A DNA stretch of 64,000 nucleotides, taken from the NCBI RefSeq assembly GCF_011386835.1, contig NC_088792.1, forward strand, positions 81,096,001 through 81,160,000, read 5' to 3'. The translations under genes were made by a program, and so were the position numbers. Below the pieces are notes generated by a model that was not told where the DNA came from, made no database searches, and saw only the letters and a list, made by a program, of their open reading frames with translations. Positions 34,696-48,911 of this stretch are shown piece by piece (the stretch's first letter is position 1; every line of letters begins with the position of its first letter). This DNA comes from Chrysemys picta bellii. Lineage: Eukaryota.

Positions 34696-34740
34696 GGTGA
34701 AGACGGTGAAAATGGAATTGATGGGATTGATGGAGCAGAG
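34696..34740 (+). CDS. COL6A4: Triple-helix exon (45 nt)
   Basis: GEDGENGIDGIDGAE. Confidence 0.92.
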
Positions 34741-34827
34741 GTAACCTTTATTCACATGTACTGAATTAAATTAATGAGGTTCACCTGAAAGAAAGAATAT
34801 TATTTATTTGTATTTGTATTTTTCTAG

Positions 34828-34881
34828 GGAAAACAAGGATCTCCTGGATCTTCTGGAGAAAAAGGCAGCGCAGGAAGACGG
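34828..34881 (+). CDS. COL6A4: Triple-helix exon (54 nt)
   Basis: GKQGSPGSSGEKGSAGRR. Confidence 0.92.
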
Positions 34882-35168
34882 GTAAAGTGTATTTAGCCCT
34901 GATGGAAGCTTCTGTCACCTTTCCGACTTTACTGCCAAACTGCAACCTCTGTGACCTCTTAACAGCTGCACATTCTCGAATTATTTGATATAAACTGGGT
35001 AGATATATTTAAAGTGTAAAAGCCGGATTCTCAGCTGGTGTAAATCAGCATAGCTCCATTGACTTAATAGAGTTATGCAAATTTATGGCAGTGAGGATCT
35101 GGCCCTAAAGCTCTAACGATGACATTAATACAGTATTCTAATTGTATGTGCTTTCTTCATGACTTAAG

Positions 35169-35231
35169 GGTAGAAAAGGACCTAGAGGAGAACTGGGTGA
35201 GCGTGGAGAGCCTGGTCTAAGAGGAAACCAT
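35169..35231 (+). CDS. COL6A4: Triple-helix exon (63 nt)
   Basis: GRKGPRGELGERGEPGLRGNH. Confidence 0.92.
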
Positions 35232-37207
35232 GTAAGTAAAGTCTATGGTATCTTTTAACTTTTGACAGACTGAAAAGACTTTCAGTGAAGTGAATAGCAA
35301 TAGAGCTTTTAATCTTCATCTTTGAGTCCAGATTTGTCATATAATGTCCAGATTTTGTGATGAAGTTGCCTCAAATGTCAATTTTGTTGTAATGTTTGAG
35401 GGCATCCTAATAATCCTGGACCATGCACTACCCTGCCGAGGAAATCGGGAATAGAACTGGTCAGGAATTTTTATGATTAAATGGCTTCTGGTTGGAAAAT
35501 GCCAGTTTGATAAAACTGAACCATTTTGTGGAAATGTATCAGTTTCTCAGGTCTAGAGTGGAATTTCTGGTCAAAGAGAGAAATCCCCATGCCAGAATTT
35601 CCAACAGACCTGTGGTTAGGGAACTCAGTTGGGATGCGGAAGACGCAGGTTTAGTTCCTTGCTATAACTCAGACAGAGCAGGGACTTCTGGCTATTCCAG
35701 GGAGGGAGGGAGGGTCTCTCTTTCTCTCTCCGATGGGATTTTTACTGGATGGGAAAACTATTTCCTGCCTGTCTCTGAAAGGGAATTTTGAGTCTCTCAT
35801 TAATGGCTGGAGGTTTGGCACCTGAAATCTATGGATGTCCCAAGATACATACCCATCTTAATAATACCAGAGAGGGGCAGCAGCACAGGCCTCACTGCTT
35901 CCTTATCCATGGTAACACAGCCCCTTCTGGAACCATTCTGGCATGCAGTCCCTACTGCTGGCTGAACTGAACCCCATCCTCTAAAAAGATTTGCAGCCAT
36001 CTGGAGGAGTTACTGCTGATTCCATTAGAAGAAACTTGGGGGCTGATGTCTGGTTGGAAATGGACAACGATGGAGAGAGCAGCTGCTTTTTGACTCCACC
36101 CCTCCTTGTGATGAACTGCAGAGCCCTAATCTTATGGCGGGGCTTCAGCAGCGTCTGAGGACTAGAAGTTAGAATGCAGAGGAGGCTCTGCTCTCTCCAC
36201 ACCATTGGTTAAGGACCTTTTCAGGTGCATTTTGCAGCCCTTTTCTCCAAATAGCAAAGGGTATCATGTGGCTCCTGCTAGTTTCTAATGCTCAGTTAAC
36301 ACTGTCAGGTGTCCTAGTAACAATCAGGTGTCCTGGCCCCATTGAAGCAAATAAGAATTTAGCCATTGTCATGAGTTCAGTGGGTCAGGATTTCATCCCT
36401 GAGTCCAACTGCATTGTATTCAAAGAGGACAATATCCATGTATAATTCAATTAATTTCAGGATAAAATCTTGCTGAAGATCACTGATTATGTTCTTACCA
36501 GCACATGTAAACCCCTGCTTTTGCATGGGTTTAGCTGTTGGGCCAGTTAATCCACCATCTGAGCAGTCTCCCATATGGTAACCAATGAAACTGTTGCATC
36601 CAAATTAGCTGTAGGGAAATGGTAAGATTGGTTGAGTTACCTCTTATATCACAATGGTCTGGAACTCTTGGCATGTCATAGACACTGAGCTACTGTAGCT
36701 ATACACTGCACAGGTGTTGTTTGTAAAGGCACAATGGCTGAAAACTTACCACACAATTTGTAACAGACCATAAATCCCAGTGATGAATGAACATGGTGAT
36801 ATTCTTAACAAAAAAGAGCTCTCAGCCATGCACGTAGCTATTTCCATCACTTCCCACTGACTCAATAGGCATTTTAGGCTTCAGAGTGAGACACAGAGTG
36901 ACAATCCTGGAATCTTATTATATAAACCCTGGGTAATTATACCTAAACAGACAAATCAACCATTTAATTACAAGCTTGAATTCATTGCCCATCCAGATAC
37001 TTTCTTTTCATCTCTTTGGGCAAAGAGCTCTTAGTTTCTGATTGTGGAACTGCATCTGCAGAGGCCTCTTGCCACCATCATCTTCTGAATTCATCCTTTT
37101 TATTATTATTATTATTACTCTGCTCCTATTTCCATATCCTGCCTTTGCAGCTACACTAGCAAAGAAGAAATTACCAAAAATGGTTAACGTCGTCTTGACT
37201 TTTTCAG

Positions 37208-37273
37208 GGGGATCCTGGAATTAACAATAATGTCTCTGGTCCAGAGGGTGAAAAAGGAAAGCCAGGGCAGCAG
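37208..37273 (+). CDS. COL6A4: Triple-helix exon (66 nt) with helix interruption
   Basis: GDPGINNNVSGPEGEKGKPGQQ. Confidence 0.92.
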
Positions 37274-38610
37274 GTAAACACAGCTGTGCACTGTTAAGGG
37301 CTAACAGGGCTATGTGGGGAGGAAAATGGTGTGTTTCTTAGAGGGTTGAGTTCTATCAGTTTTTGGGGGTGAGCTGCTATTTAATTTTATATTTTGCTTT
37401 ATAACCTGCGTCTGCAGCACGTAAGGCTTTGGAGAGGTGTGCCCCTTTTTTCTTATTGTATCAATCCATAGAAATGCCATGCTGTGCCTACAGCTGGTAA
37501 TATTTTTGTGCTTGCCGATGGATGTCGAATGCAGTTTGACCAGAAGGAAGATCATTTGTAATTTGTTACCTGGATTTAGCATGAATATATTTCTACAGAA
37601 GACTTCTCAGGGTGGATTGAGACCACCAACTTCATTTCTCATAGGCCTCTAATCAGTGAAATACCACATTGCTTAGAAAAAAAATAAATCCAGCATTCTG
37701 AATACCAAAAACATCCTTGTCAGCTTGCAAAAAATTATTTATTCCTTAAGAGTAGACTGAACTCCTTTCTGACCTGTCTCTTCAGATTTGGATACATGCT
37801 TACAAAATGTCTTCTGAATCCTTTCTGGTTAAATTAGATTTGCTGTAAGTGGATGGGGCAGGAACTTGAAACTTAGTATATGTGTGTACAGTGGAGCTGA
37901 TCCTGGTCGGCAGTGATGCAGTACAAATAAAATAACCAAAGGAGCTCTGCCCATATTTCCTCGTTTCTTGATTTCCAAGTTGTAAGGAAGGGTTTATCTA
38001 CATTCTACTCAAATACCAAAGTTAGAGTACAGTGGGTATAGGCATATCCATATGAAATCTGGTCACATCTCAAAAACTCCTTTGTCTACAGGAAGCTGAT
38101 TGACTGACTGTGTAAAAATATATCTAGGTTCTAATCCAAATACCATTAAAGTCAATGGAAATCCCCCTGTTAACTTCAGTGGGTTTTGGATCAGGCCCCA
38201 GACCTTAAGAAGTTGCCCTTTTTGCATAATTGCTTTTCAGAGAAAAGCTGGACTTTAATGAATTTCTGGCAACAAAAGTCACTGCTTTCTGATTAATCTT
38301 TCCTCAGAATCCCCACCATCTGCTTTCTTTGGAAGACAGAGACAGAAAAAAGATCCCACAAAAGCCTTTATCTAATCTCAGATGGTTATGGTTGAAGGGT
38401 TGGAACCCAAAAGCAGACCAGTTCCTTCTGGCTAGATACTTTTAATTAAACACACTTCTCACAGAACTAGGTCTAACACATGCTGTGGTTCGAATGATTA
38501 CAATGCAATTAGAAGAAAACATTTTCCAGGAAAAATATCAAAGAAGGGCTATAAAAAGAAACACGTGTACTTGATATCTTTTAAAAAAAGGCTGACTTTT
38601 CGTTTTGCAG

Positions 38611-38664
38611 GGAGAACCGGGAACAGATGGAGTGCCAGGAGAGTCGGGTGCAGAGGGCACTGAT
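38611..38664 (+). CDS. COL6A4: Triple-helix exon (54 nt)
   Basis: GEPGTDGVPGESGAEGTD. Confidence 0.92.
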
Positions 38665-39631
38665 GTAAGAGCAGTTATCCTTATGGAAGTAGCTGATCTA
38701 TAGCTGAGGATGCAATGATGTTCCCATTTATAAGTCCAATTTTGCTCCCCACTTTTTTATCCCCACAAAAAATCTACACCAAAGGTATATTGGCCTCAAG
38801 TTTGGAAGGGTCGGTCTGTGATGGAGATAACTGTTTTCTACCAAATTTTAAATATATCATACAAGGAATTTCTGATTTATGACCACCCTTGAGCCTTGTG
38901 CTCAGTGGGGACCTTGGACCCTCCATGAGCCTTAGAAACTTGGGAAAGTCACCAAAGACAAGCCTAATCCCTCCTTGCCAACCCATAAGCCTTAGTAAGC
39001 TTCTTACTCCCCCCACAAGCCTATATAAGCTCACTGGGTGCTGACTAGCCTATTTTGACTCATTGGAGTCAGAGGAGCCTATTAAGGCTGAGGGGATATT
39101 TGCTGAACCTCCTTCGTCTCCAAGGAAATGAAGGCAATGGCCCTGCTAATGCTCAGGAATGGGCTGCTTACTGGTCCCTCCTATCCTGGACTTGGGTTAG
39201 CTCCCAAAAGGCCTCCATGATGTTTAACAGTGTCACTATGGTCATGAAGGAAGCTAGGGAGAGCAGAGTACTTAGGGGAGTAACACAGTCCCCACTGCCT
39301 AACATGCATGGAACCAGGACTCTCCTTCTGCTGACCTTAGCAGTGGGGATGGGGAATGGGAAAGTCATCCTGGAGAAGGCAGTTTAGATACCTTCCTTCT
39401 GAATTTCCTACCATTCTAATGACTGTATTTTGATAAATGTAATACTCTTGTAAAGTTTCTACTCTTAATTTACTGATACGAACACTCAACCTCAATTTCA
39501 CCTTGACCAAGGTATTTTGTCTGGGAATAGCCATTTCCTCCCCATTAATGTACCATGTTTGGCTCCAGGGCCATTATTTTTCATTTACTGGTCATAGTTC
39601 TGGATAAATTGCACTTGTCTTTCCCTCTTAG

Positions 39632-39667
39632 GGTGCAGGAGGTCGGCAAGGCCCCCAGGGATTAAAG
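39632..39667 (+). CDS. COL6A4: Triple-helix exon (36 nt)
   Basis: GAGGRQGPQGLK. Confidence 0.9.
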
Positions 39668-40655
39668 GTCAGTGATGATTACTAGTATATGCTGTGTGTA
39701 CATAGCTCTCTCTCAAGTCTGAGCTTTTGCCTGTCTTAGAGGGGATATTTTCAGTGTGATCACAGAAACTGAACACAAGTATTTAAGAATCAGGAAGTCC
39801 ATTGCAAGCCTACTCAGCCTTTAGGTCCCAGGAAACACCCGACCAGAGGTCTTTTTGATTTGGAGGGGCCAAAAATGTAAAGGAGAATCTTAGCTTTCCC
39901 TGAAATAAAAGTCTGTTTCTAGCTCATTTTTTTGCGACGGTAGCCTTGTCAAACTGACATCAGCTGAGGTAAGTCAATCACTTAGGTTATAAGGAATGAG
40001 CAGCTGGGCTCATTCCTGCAACACAAGGCTGAGGGACCTGATGATTTTCTCTCCAGTCCTTACCTGGGAAAACACAGACTTCTACGTAAAATGACCTCAT
40101 TAAATGTGGGGTATGTCCAAAGAATCCTTACGCCAGCCCTGTGTATAGCGATGTGATAACAGAGAACTGGGATTGGTCATGTTTGGTGTAAAGCAACAAA
40201 ATGCCATCTTGCAGGCTTGCTTAACAAAGGTTTCAGAATCAAACCAGAAGGTAGATGTCCAAATTTCCCACTGGGATATGCAAGTGGAACTTCCATTTGA
40301 ACTGATGAAATTTGCATATGGATAGCCAAAGTCAGAATTTTGCCTCTGGTGCTAAGCCAAGGGACTCGTGCCATTGCTATCAGATAATGGGGCTATAATC
40401 ACTGCTAGATAAGAATGTGAGAATTGTCTAGCCTCTAAGGCTTACACATATTTTTCAACCATTTAAAAATTAAAAAGTTAGTGAAGGGCAAGAGCTGACC
40501 ACTGAGAAGAAGGGAGGCAGGCTGGTGCAGATCCACTATATTAAGCCTCCTTAAAACCAACACAAAACTCGGCTGAAGGTTTGTAAATATCTGCACTACA
40601 GTTGACAAGGCAAGACAGAGGTCAATGATTCCTTCAAGCCTTCTACGTCTGCCAG

Positions 40656-40710
<55 letters not shown>

Positions 40711-40728
40711 CGTACACACACACACACA
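40656..40728. repeat. (TG)n-(CA)n alternating purine-pyrimidine tract
   Basis: Direct inspection. Confidence 0.95.
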
Positions 40729-41067
40729 ACCAGAGCTCCCTCTTCTTCCACTACAGGGATACCAACAATGAGACCTGATTGGAAATTTTCCAAATTTTGT
40801 TGCAAAATGGCAATGAGTCAAACCTGAGAAGTTTTGTGACAACACTTTAGGTTAAATGAAGTTTCATTGAGTCACAAGCACAGTTCCAACAGAACCCTGT
40901 TATTTCCTTGCCAGCTCACCTAGTGGGCTGTTGGGGACAGTCTGCCCCGGGCCAGGGACCCCAAGGCTTCCCAGCTCCCAGTATCAGAATGTGGAGCCTG
41001 GAAACCCTGGGAGCCTTGGTTCTGACTATGGCTTGTCTTCTAGCTCTGTGGCCTGGAAGTCCTGAAA

Positions 41068-41496
41068 ATAGACTCATAGACTTTAAGGTCAGAAGGGACC
41101 ATTATGATCATCTAGTCTGACCTCCCGCATGATGCAGGCCACAAAAGCTGACCCACCCCCTTTCCCTTGACTCAGCTGTTGAAGTCCCCAAATCCTGTGA
41201 TTTAAAGACTTCAAGTCACAGAGAATCCTCCAGCTAGCGACCCCCGCCCCATGCTGCGGAGGAAGGCGAAAAACCTCCAGGGCCTCTGCCAATCTACCCT
41301 GGAGGAAAATTCCTTCCCGACCCCAAATATGGCGATCAGTAGAACCCCGAGCATGCAGCAAGATTCTCCAGCCAGACCCTCATTGACCATTGATACTATT
41401 TACCAGCGATGGCACGCTGTTGATTAATTGACTAAAATCACGTTATCCCATCAAACCATTCCCTCCATAAACTTATCTAGCTTACTCTTAAAGCCA
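41068..41496 (-). mobile_element. CR1 3' end
   Basis: atagactcatagactttaaggtcagaagggaccattatgatcatctagtctgacc; CR1 3' UTR and tail in reverse. Confidence 0.8.
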
Positions 41497-42169
41497 GAGA
41501 GGTCTCAGATCTCAGGACATCCAGACTCTCTCCTGCTGAGCTGGGAGCCTGAAAGCCCTGCGAGCCCTGGCTCCGAGCTTAGTGTGGGTTCCAGGTTCCT
41601 GCCACTGGAACCAGGAGTGTAGCAGCCCAGGGAGCCTTGTGAGCCCCAGCTCAAGCCCTGGCTCTCAGGGTCTAGGTGCCTGGCATTGCATCAGGGAGCC
41701 TGGAAGCAGTAAGAGGCCTGACTCGAGTTGTGGCTCTCAGGGTTCCAGACTCCCAGCCACAGAGCAAGACACCTGGGCCAGCTGGTTCCCCAGGCTGCCT
41801 GACTCTCGGGTCAGCTTGCTGCCCAAGCTGCGGAAGTTGGGCAGACAGCTGGCCTGGGAGTTTGGAATCCTGCTGGGCCCTGTGGTCTGCCCTGGAGCTG
41901 GGGGACAGTGGAATCTGGGGAGCATATTTGATTTTGGAAAGACTCTGTTTCCAAAATGGAGAAGTTTGGACTCTCCAGTTTGCAGGAAATTTTGAAATGG
42001 CAGAATTTCCCCATGAACTGGGAATTCCAAATTTCATCCAGCTCTAGCACCAGCAACACATGAACTGCTTCTGGTGCTCACAAAAATAACACACAGGATT
42101 GTAGTCGGCCCAGGAAGAGAAATTCCAAGTGCTGGAACGATGATGGTCTTGATTAGGGTTAGTAGATAT

Positions 42170-42412
42170 GCATCTGAGACACAGAAATATAGGATGGGAA
42201 TGGACCACCTGGGTCACTGAGTCCAGTCCACTGCTATCACAGGTGACCCATCATACAATCCCATTTGTAAATTTATCAAGCTTCATCTTAAAGCTAGGTA
42301 GGTTGGTTGACCCCACTACTTCTATTGGAAGATTGTTCCAGAACCTCATTCCTCTGATGGTTAGAAACCTTTTTCTGATTTCCAGCCTAAATTGATTCAG
42401 GGCAAGTTTATA
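42170..42412 (-). mobile_element. CR1 3' fragment
   Basis: gttccagaacctcattcctctgatggttagaaacctttttctgatttccagcctaaatt is the reverse of the ORF2 end. Confidence 0.8.
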
Positions 42413-43034
42413 ATAATTTATTCTTCAAACTGGTTGTTAGTTTTTAAGGCAGCTTCATTTAAAACTAACAAACAAACAAAAGAATCCCCTGACCCCAAAA
42501 CCAACAGCTATGTTCTGATTGCAAACAGACCTAGCAAATCAGCTCCAAGATATTAAAATATAGAATTCTGTGAATTACAACAGAAAGAGAATTCCAGAAC
42601 TAGTGGAATTGATGGGAAAAATTAACTTCCAAACTATTGGGCCCAGACATGTTACAGGAATAGATTGAACACAATTGTACCACAGTAATTACTACTGATT
42701 GGAGGTGCCGGGAAAGAACCGCACTGTTTAACCCCTGCAATGCAACAAAGAAGAGAAACACTGTAGAGAGGTTTAACTGATGAAGATGTTTCTGTCTCCA
42801 TTTTATCGCTGGTTAAGTTTTAGGTAGTGTACCGGAAAAAGAATTGTTTGTCTCAGGAGTCACTTCAACAATGCAGTTACCAAAGAAAATCTAAAAGCAG
42901 ATGGATCCAATAATGAGCTGGCAAAAGTAAGATAACATTGAAGAAATTCAAGACGGTTCTGTGATTTTTAAAAGCAGGGAAACAAATCCTCTCCCTTGTA
43001 CCTTAAGAAAATATGGCGGGCCTGTGATGATGTT

Positions 43035-43225
43035 TATAAACCAGGACTTTGCTTATTCTGCTTGCGTGTTATATCCCTTTACCCTACCCGTCTTCTGTCT
43101 TGTCTGCTTAGGTTTTATGTTCTTAAGGGCAGACATCATATTACTCTGTAGAGCACCTAGCACAGTAAGGTCCCGTTCTTGGTTGACCTCTAGGTGCTCC
43201 GTCAGTACAAATAATGATGTTGGTG
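43035..43225 (+). mobile_element. L2/MIR-like 3' tail
   Basis: gtcttgtctgcttag..agggcag..gtagagcacctagcacagt..caaataatg. Confidence 0.5.
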
Positions 43226-44705
43226 ATGTATGATCACTTGGAAAAATATAGTGTCTCAATAAGCATGTCTTGATGTTTCTGATTCTTCATATGTTTTGGA
43301 TAATAATTTTTCTGATTTTTCATTTCTCCTTTTACTAGTCTGCATCTTTCTCTAGATCTCATCAAGCAATTTCCCAGAGCTGTTCACTTGTTTGTCTTAA
43401 CAAAAATTAAATGTAGAGAAGCTTTGCGCTTTTGCCTCTGGCTCTATGGTACTATCTTCAGGCTAAGATTGTGCCTTTAGGGCCCTGCCCTACACTGCGG
43501 GAGAGAGCAGAGCTCCACCACCTTATTGAATACATGATGCTATACATGGCTGTATCTCTTACAAAATGGTAAGAGCCAGGTTCTTTCCTGATTTACTCTC
43601 TGGGCAATCCCCTTCATTCCAATTCATGCAGCTGTGGTTCCAGTGATTGGGAACTGCCTGGGGGTGGGTTTGGTATGCGGGGGCAGTTAGCACACTTCCA
43701 GCCGCTGGGCTCAAATAGCAATTGTGGTACAGCTGTTCCACAGCACTGTAGCTTTTCTTCAGGTTGTGTGTGAGTGTGTGTGTGGAGTTAGCCCCTCAAA
43801 AATCCATTGCAGTTCACCTGGAAATAGCTGCTGAGTTGTACATGAGTTTGTCACATTTTCCCCCATGTGCACATGATATGCACTGAAATGCTTACTTGCT
43901 TCTTATTCTGGCAGCAATTCCATTAGGGAGCATGATAAAGGACTAACGGCTGCAGGGTTTCTCCAACACAAGGAAAAGAATGCTATGAATAAATGTAAAT
44001 GGACTGCCAAGCACAAAGAGAAACTTAATAAACAACAATAGCATCCAAAATTGAATAAAACATTAATTTACGCAAACAAAATGTAGGCTACAGAAGAGTC
44101 TCTTCAATGGCATATCACTTTCTTCAGCCAACCAGTCTTTGAATAGATATACAGTCCTATTGAGTTTTTGTCCTTCTGCACTTCCCAGTAGCTTATGGGG
44201 TCTCTTTGTTGGTGGAGATGGATCTCACGCTCTGCATTGATCTTTGGCTTGCTATGACCTATTGGGAGGCATCACGAGTTTGTGACATCCGGGGCTGTCT
44301 GATTCAAATTCAGTATCCAATGGAAAATGACAGCTACAGTCTGGTCTCCAGTGAAGCCCTCAGATAGTGCCTTTGTCACATTCACAACATGCATTGTGAG
44401 TTTATATCTAAATACGAAACCTCTGCCTCATTGGCTCCCTGGCCAGGGACCTCAGAGCTGGAATCCGTTATAAGCATTTTGACCTTTTATGCTGTGTGGC
44501 AATGGTCCCCAAGAGACTGTATGCCAACTGAGGGTAGCCAGAGTGCAGCATCCCTCACCCTCAGCCTGTACCCCCTACAGGGTAGGTTGGAGGGAGTGGC
44601 ACAGGAACGGATTATGGGAGCTGATGTATGCCAGGGATCCAATTCCAGATCCAGCCACTGTCCAGCCCTTTTTCACTACCAGGGCTGAATCTGATCCTAT
44701 GTGTT

Positions 44706-45400
44706 TGTGACAGTTCTTGGGGCACCCAGAACGGTGAGACACCTTGATAGCCCTCGCCTCTGGCATGAGGGAGTCTTTCTTGTGCCTGGCTGGATGTCAG
44801 CTCTGTAACACCACCAGCCCTTCAGCCACTTGAGAGCTATCCTCTGGGCTATGACAGCTCTGTCTGCACTTTGTAGGTTAAAAGTAAGTGCACCCCAGTC
44901 CCTAAGTCCCTTTGAATCGTTCCCCTGGATATCCAGCCTCTGACACTAGCTACTCACAGAAATCCCAGATCTTCTGCTCCCAAAGGCAGTGTCCCCAGTT
45001 TACCAGTGTTACCTTAAATTACAGCTCCTGTAAACTACACAGTACTTTTGAGCACTTATAATGAAACAAAAATAGGTCTATTTAAGAAAGGTAAAGACTT
45101 AACTAGAAATGAGAGACAGTGATGGAAATGGCTACAATACAAAACAAAATCATAAAATGCAAACCTGACTCTTCCCTTATTAATTGTTACCTTTCCTATC
45201 CCCTGCCCCGTCTCCCAAAGTTCAATCTGTTGCAGAGCGGGCTGGTTCCACAAAAAGCAGGCCCCAAACATTCACGAAAACATCCCAGCTCCACATGGGT
45301 GAATGGATAAAGACTGCTTCTCCCTCCCGTGTTACACTGAAAACAGCCTTTTGATTCTATTCACAGACAGGGCAAAGCCATGTCTTGTTATAATATATTT
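44706..45400. mobile_element. Degenerate LTR (Gypsy/ERV-type)
   Basis: Begins TGTGACA..gggcacccag, like common turtle LTRs from memory; other end and TSD not found. Confidence 0.4.
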
Positions 45401-45686
45401 TTTTTTACCGTTAAGTGGTTTTGATGCTTAGCCTCTGATGATTTCACATTGCAAGTCTTAGTGTTGCGAAAGGCTAAACAATAGAGCTTTGCATTACATC
45501 ACCAGCTAAACAGGATGGGATGACAGTCCCAATGGGGCCATCACTCAGCCACATTATCCCCTGGTGACCAACTTTTGCTCCAAGTCTCTAAAGCATATTT
45601 TCAATATAAATACAGTATTCCTTAAATATTACCCGTACACACATCTTGCAATGATTATAAATCTTGAAAAGTTACAAACCATCTGT

Positions 45687-45797
45687 ATCAGAGGGGTAGC
45701 CGTGTTAGTCTGGATCTGTAAAAAGCACCATATAGACTTGACTTAGACATATTGGAGCATAAGCTTTCATGGGTGAATACCCACTTCGTCAGACACG
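45687..45797 (-). mobile_element. Short Penelope-like terminal fragment with intact hammerhead core
   Basis: Minus strand CTGACGA (45792-45786) agtgggtattcacccat GAAA (45768-45765) gcttatgc. Confidence 0.8.
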
Positions 45798-48700
45798 TGT
45801 AGTGAAAGCCTTCTGTAGATACCTTACATGTTATGCTTTATGGATAAATATCCTGTAAGATGTGCTTGGTGTAGTGAGTTTGTCAGCTCTGAGGTGAGAG
45901 TTGTTTGCTAAGAACAGGGGACTCTTTGCCAAGGGGTCTTTGTGCCACAGTATTCCCTTTTTTTCATTTTCAGGGTCAATTTTTTGCTCTACATTACTCT
46001 TTTTTTTTCTCCTGGATTCTGGGGTCCCCTATCTTTTCCGGCTTCTAAGCCCTTTTCCCTTGTTGTGTTTAAGGCTCCTCTCTCTCTGTCTTTCATGACC
46101 TTTCCACTGTACCTACTGATATGGTCACTTACCTACCTACAATGCATCCTGAGGCTGCTCACTTAATCAGTTCTACCTTTCATTGCTGTCACTGGTCTTT
46201 GCTACTGCTCCTGCCACCACCCCTCATCTGAGTTCGTTCATTTGCATTTTCTATTTCCATCCATCTTGTCTGCCTACCCGCTTAGACTACGTCTACACTG
46301 ATTGCCACATGGGCAGATATACCTGAGCTAGCTTTGATCTGAATAAGATGGGCAGCAGTACAGGCTGTACAAACCCACTCAGGATCCTGGGATGTACTTG
46401 AGTGGCTAGCCCATGCCACTGCGGCTTCACTGCTATTGTTCAAGCTAGGGCAGGTATGTCTACTTGTAGGGTGGGGGTGGTGTCACTGCAGAAATCTAAG
46501 TGATTTAGGACTGCATCTTGCTCTAGGGCTTCAGCCAAAAAGTAGTAATTGATGATCTGTGAGATTAACAGGACAGTTTTAAGACCATTACACATCACAG
46601 CTCTGGAGAATGTTGGGGCGGGGAGTCAGGGGAGTTGTCATTTGTCTGGCTGTACTATGTGGTATGTGGTGCTAGTAAGCAATGGAGTTCTGAGGTGGTT
46701 GTCAGAGAAAATGTTGACCTTCCTTCATAAAATCATTGGGTGCAGAAACGGACAAGTCCTTTTAGGGCAGTGGTCATCTCTTCAGAAAGTCAGGGGGCAA
46801 AGCTGGGCTCACAACTGAAAACTTTCCACACAAATTACAATGGCATAAATTCCTCTTAATTATTTACATCCCAGCTTTTCAAAATAGAATAGCCATCTGT
46901 GTGAATTAATGGGCATTCAGGGCTAAGGCCTCTGCCCGGACTCAGCTTCCAGCAACAGTGGAGATGCTCCTTGCTCGCCATTGCAACTGTAGGGTAGCAG
47001 CAGCCCTCTGACTGCTGCTCTCCTCCGCAGCAGGTTTGGTGCTGGTTCTATGTAGTCATAGATCCACTGGCCTCGTCTCACCCCAGACACCATCTATGTG
47101 CCGGGATGCAGAGCACACAGCTCCACCGCACACTAGTGCTGGGGGCCCACATGCTGTCCTCCCTACACAGCAAGCAGAACTGCCTGGCCTCCTCTGCATC
47201 TAGTGTCTTCAGCAGCCCTTCTTTAGACCACAGGATCTGGCTCCTACTAGATCAGGCAGCCTGGAGGATTTTGTGTTTAAAACAAACAAAAAACCAATGC
47301 CGTTCAAATGAAGACAGATATTAGTGTTTTGTGATCAGGGCTGACAAAGAACTTCTGATGTCTTTTAATTGCACAGAGAGGGCCAAAACTCACTAATGTC
47401 CATGCAGTTTTACTATTTTTAATGGCTTATAGAAGGTGCTAACCTGACAACACTAGAGTTAAAGTGGTACAAAAAAAATAAAGTACTTTGCCATGCAGCA
47501 GCAACATGGCACTTTTTTTTTTCTATTTTCTGAAAAGGAAAATGTTTTGGAGTTTCACCTCCAATCAGCTTCTGTGTTCCATGAAAACAAAAAAGGCAGA
47601 CTTTAAATACTCTGTGACAATGACTTTTTGATTACAAGAAGTACAAAAGGCAGCCATTCTGAGACAGGGGTAACCACTGGGCAGAAAGACTGCTAGAGCC
47701 TAGGAGAAGTGTGTATTGTACACATGAACAACACTACTAGTTTTAGGTAGGGTTGCAAAGGAAAAGAGAAAGTGGTAAGGAAGAAAAGAGAAATAAAGAA
47801 AAAAGGGAAACACATAAGAAAAAGAGAGAATTATCTCTGGGCCTGATCCAAAGCCCATTGAAGTCAGAGAAAGCCTCCCATTGATTTCAATGGGTTTTGG
47901 GTCCAACTCCAATGTGCCTTTTCTCATACAAGGCAGCCTTGTATGAGAAAATCACATATACTGCAAAATATAGAGGGACATACATTTTTCTACAGCTGGC
48001 ATTGTAACAGATGTCCAATGTTGCAGTATCTTAACTTTGGCTACCACTAGGTTTGTTCAAATCCATGTGTGTTTTTTCTTTTTCTTTTCATTTGATTTCT
48101 GTCCCAGTTCAATCATAGTACGAAGAGGGTAGAATTCTTCAGAACTGCGGAATATAGTGTTTTAAATCCAATTTTCCCCATGGCTTTGTTTTTTGGAATT
48201 GCCTGAGTTCCAAAGAATCCTTGGACATATGTTTATAATTTCCCCAATGAAAGAACATCCCCAGTGTTCCCCAGAACTGCTTAGAGCTAATTCATACATT
48301 TGACTCAGTCCAACAGAGACAATATGAAGAGATCTTTCTCACGGATGTCAGTTGAACTGACTCATGTGCAGATGACAGCTTTGTGTGAGTGATACTCCGC
48401 TGCTGATCTTAAAAACTAACAACTTAATTTTTCCACAAAGATTTGGGGTGCAGTTTTCTGAGCAGCTGGAATTAAAATGGGAGGCATATATCGGTGTCCA
48501 CCTCTGGGAAAACTCTCAGTGCTGGGCTAGATTATGAGCAGTCTGATATAGGTGTGCATGTGGAGAGGGAAGAAGGCTCAAGAAACTCTCCACTCCCACC
48601 ACCCTTGTCGCCTCTATACTGTGGCTAGTTATAATTCTTGCACTGACTGAGTGGGCTGCACTAGATTAGTGCTGACATTGACACTGTTGAAATGAATTCA

Positions 48701-48911
48701 TCACCATGTGAAGCAAATACAACTAGCCTTTCCCACTCCCTTTCCTCCATCCATCTCAGACCCCCAAACAGCTGATGTTTCTTCAGTGGTGGTTGATGCT
48801 TGCAAATCACTGTAGCCTTCTGAAAACGTCAGTAATATTGCTTGATCAGTTTATTTGTAGATGTAAACGTGTCATGAAGTAAAGTGATTTTTTTTCCTCA
48901 CTTTCTGGCAG

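Noticed and set aside
36370-36640. Possible AmnSINE/Deu-like element
   Set aside because: Similarity is too fragmentary to support a call without an alignment.
42580-42960. Coding-looking stretch
   Set aside because: Stops occur in all frames and I recognise no protein family; a translated search would be needed.
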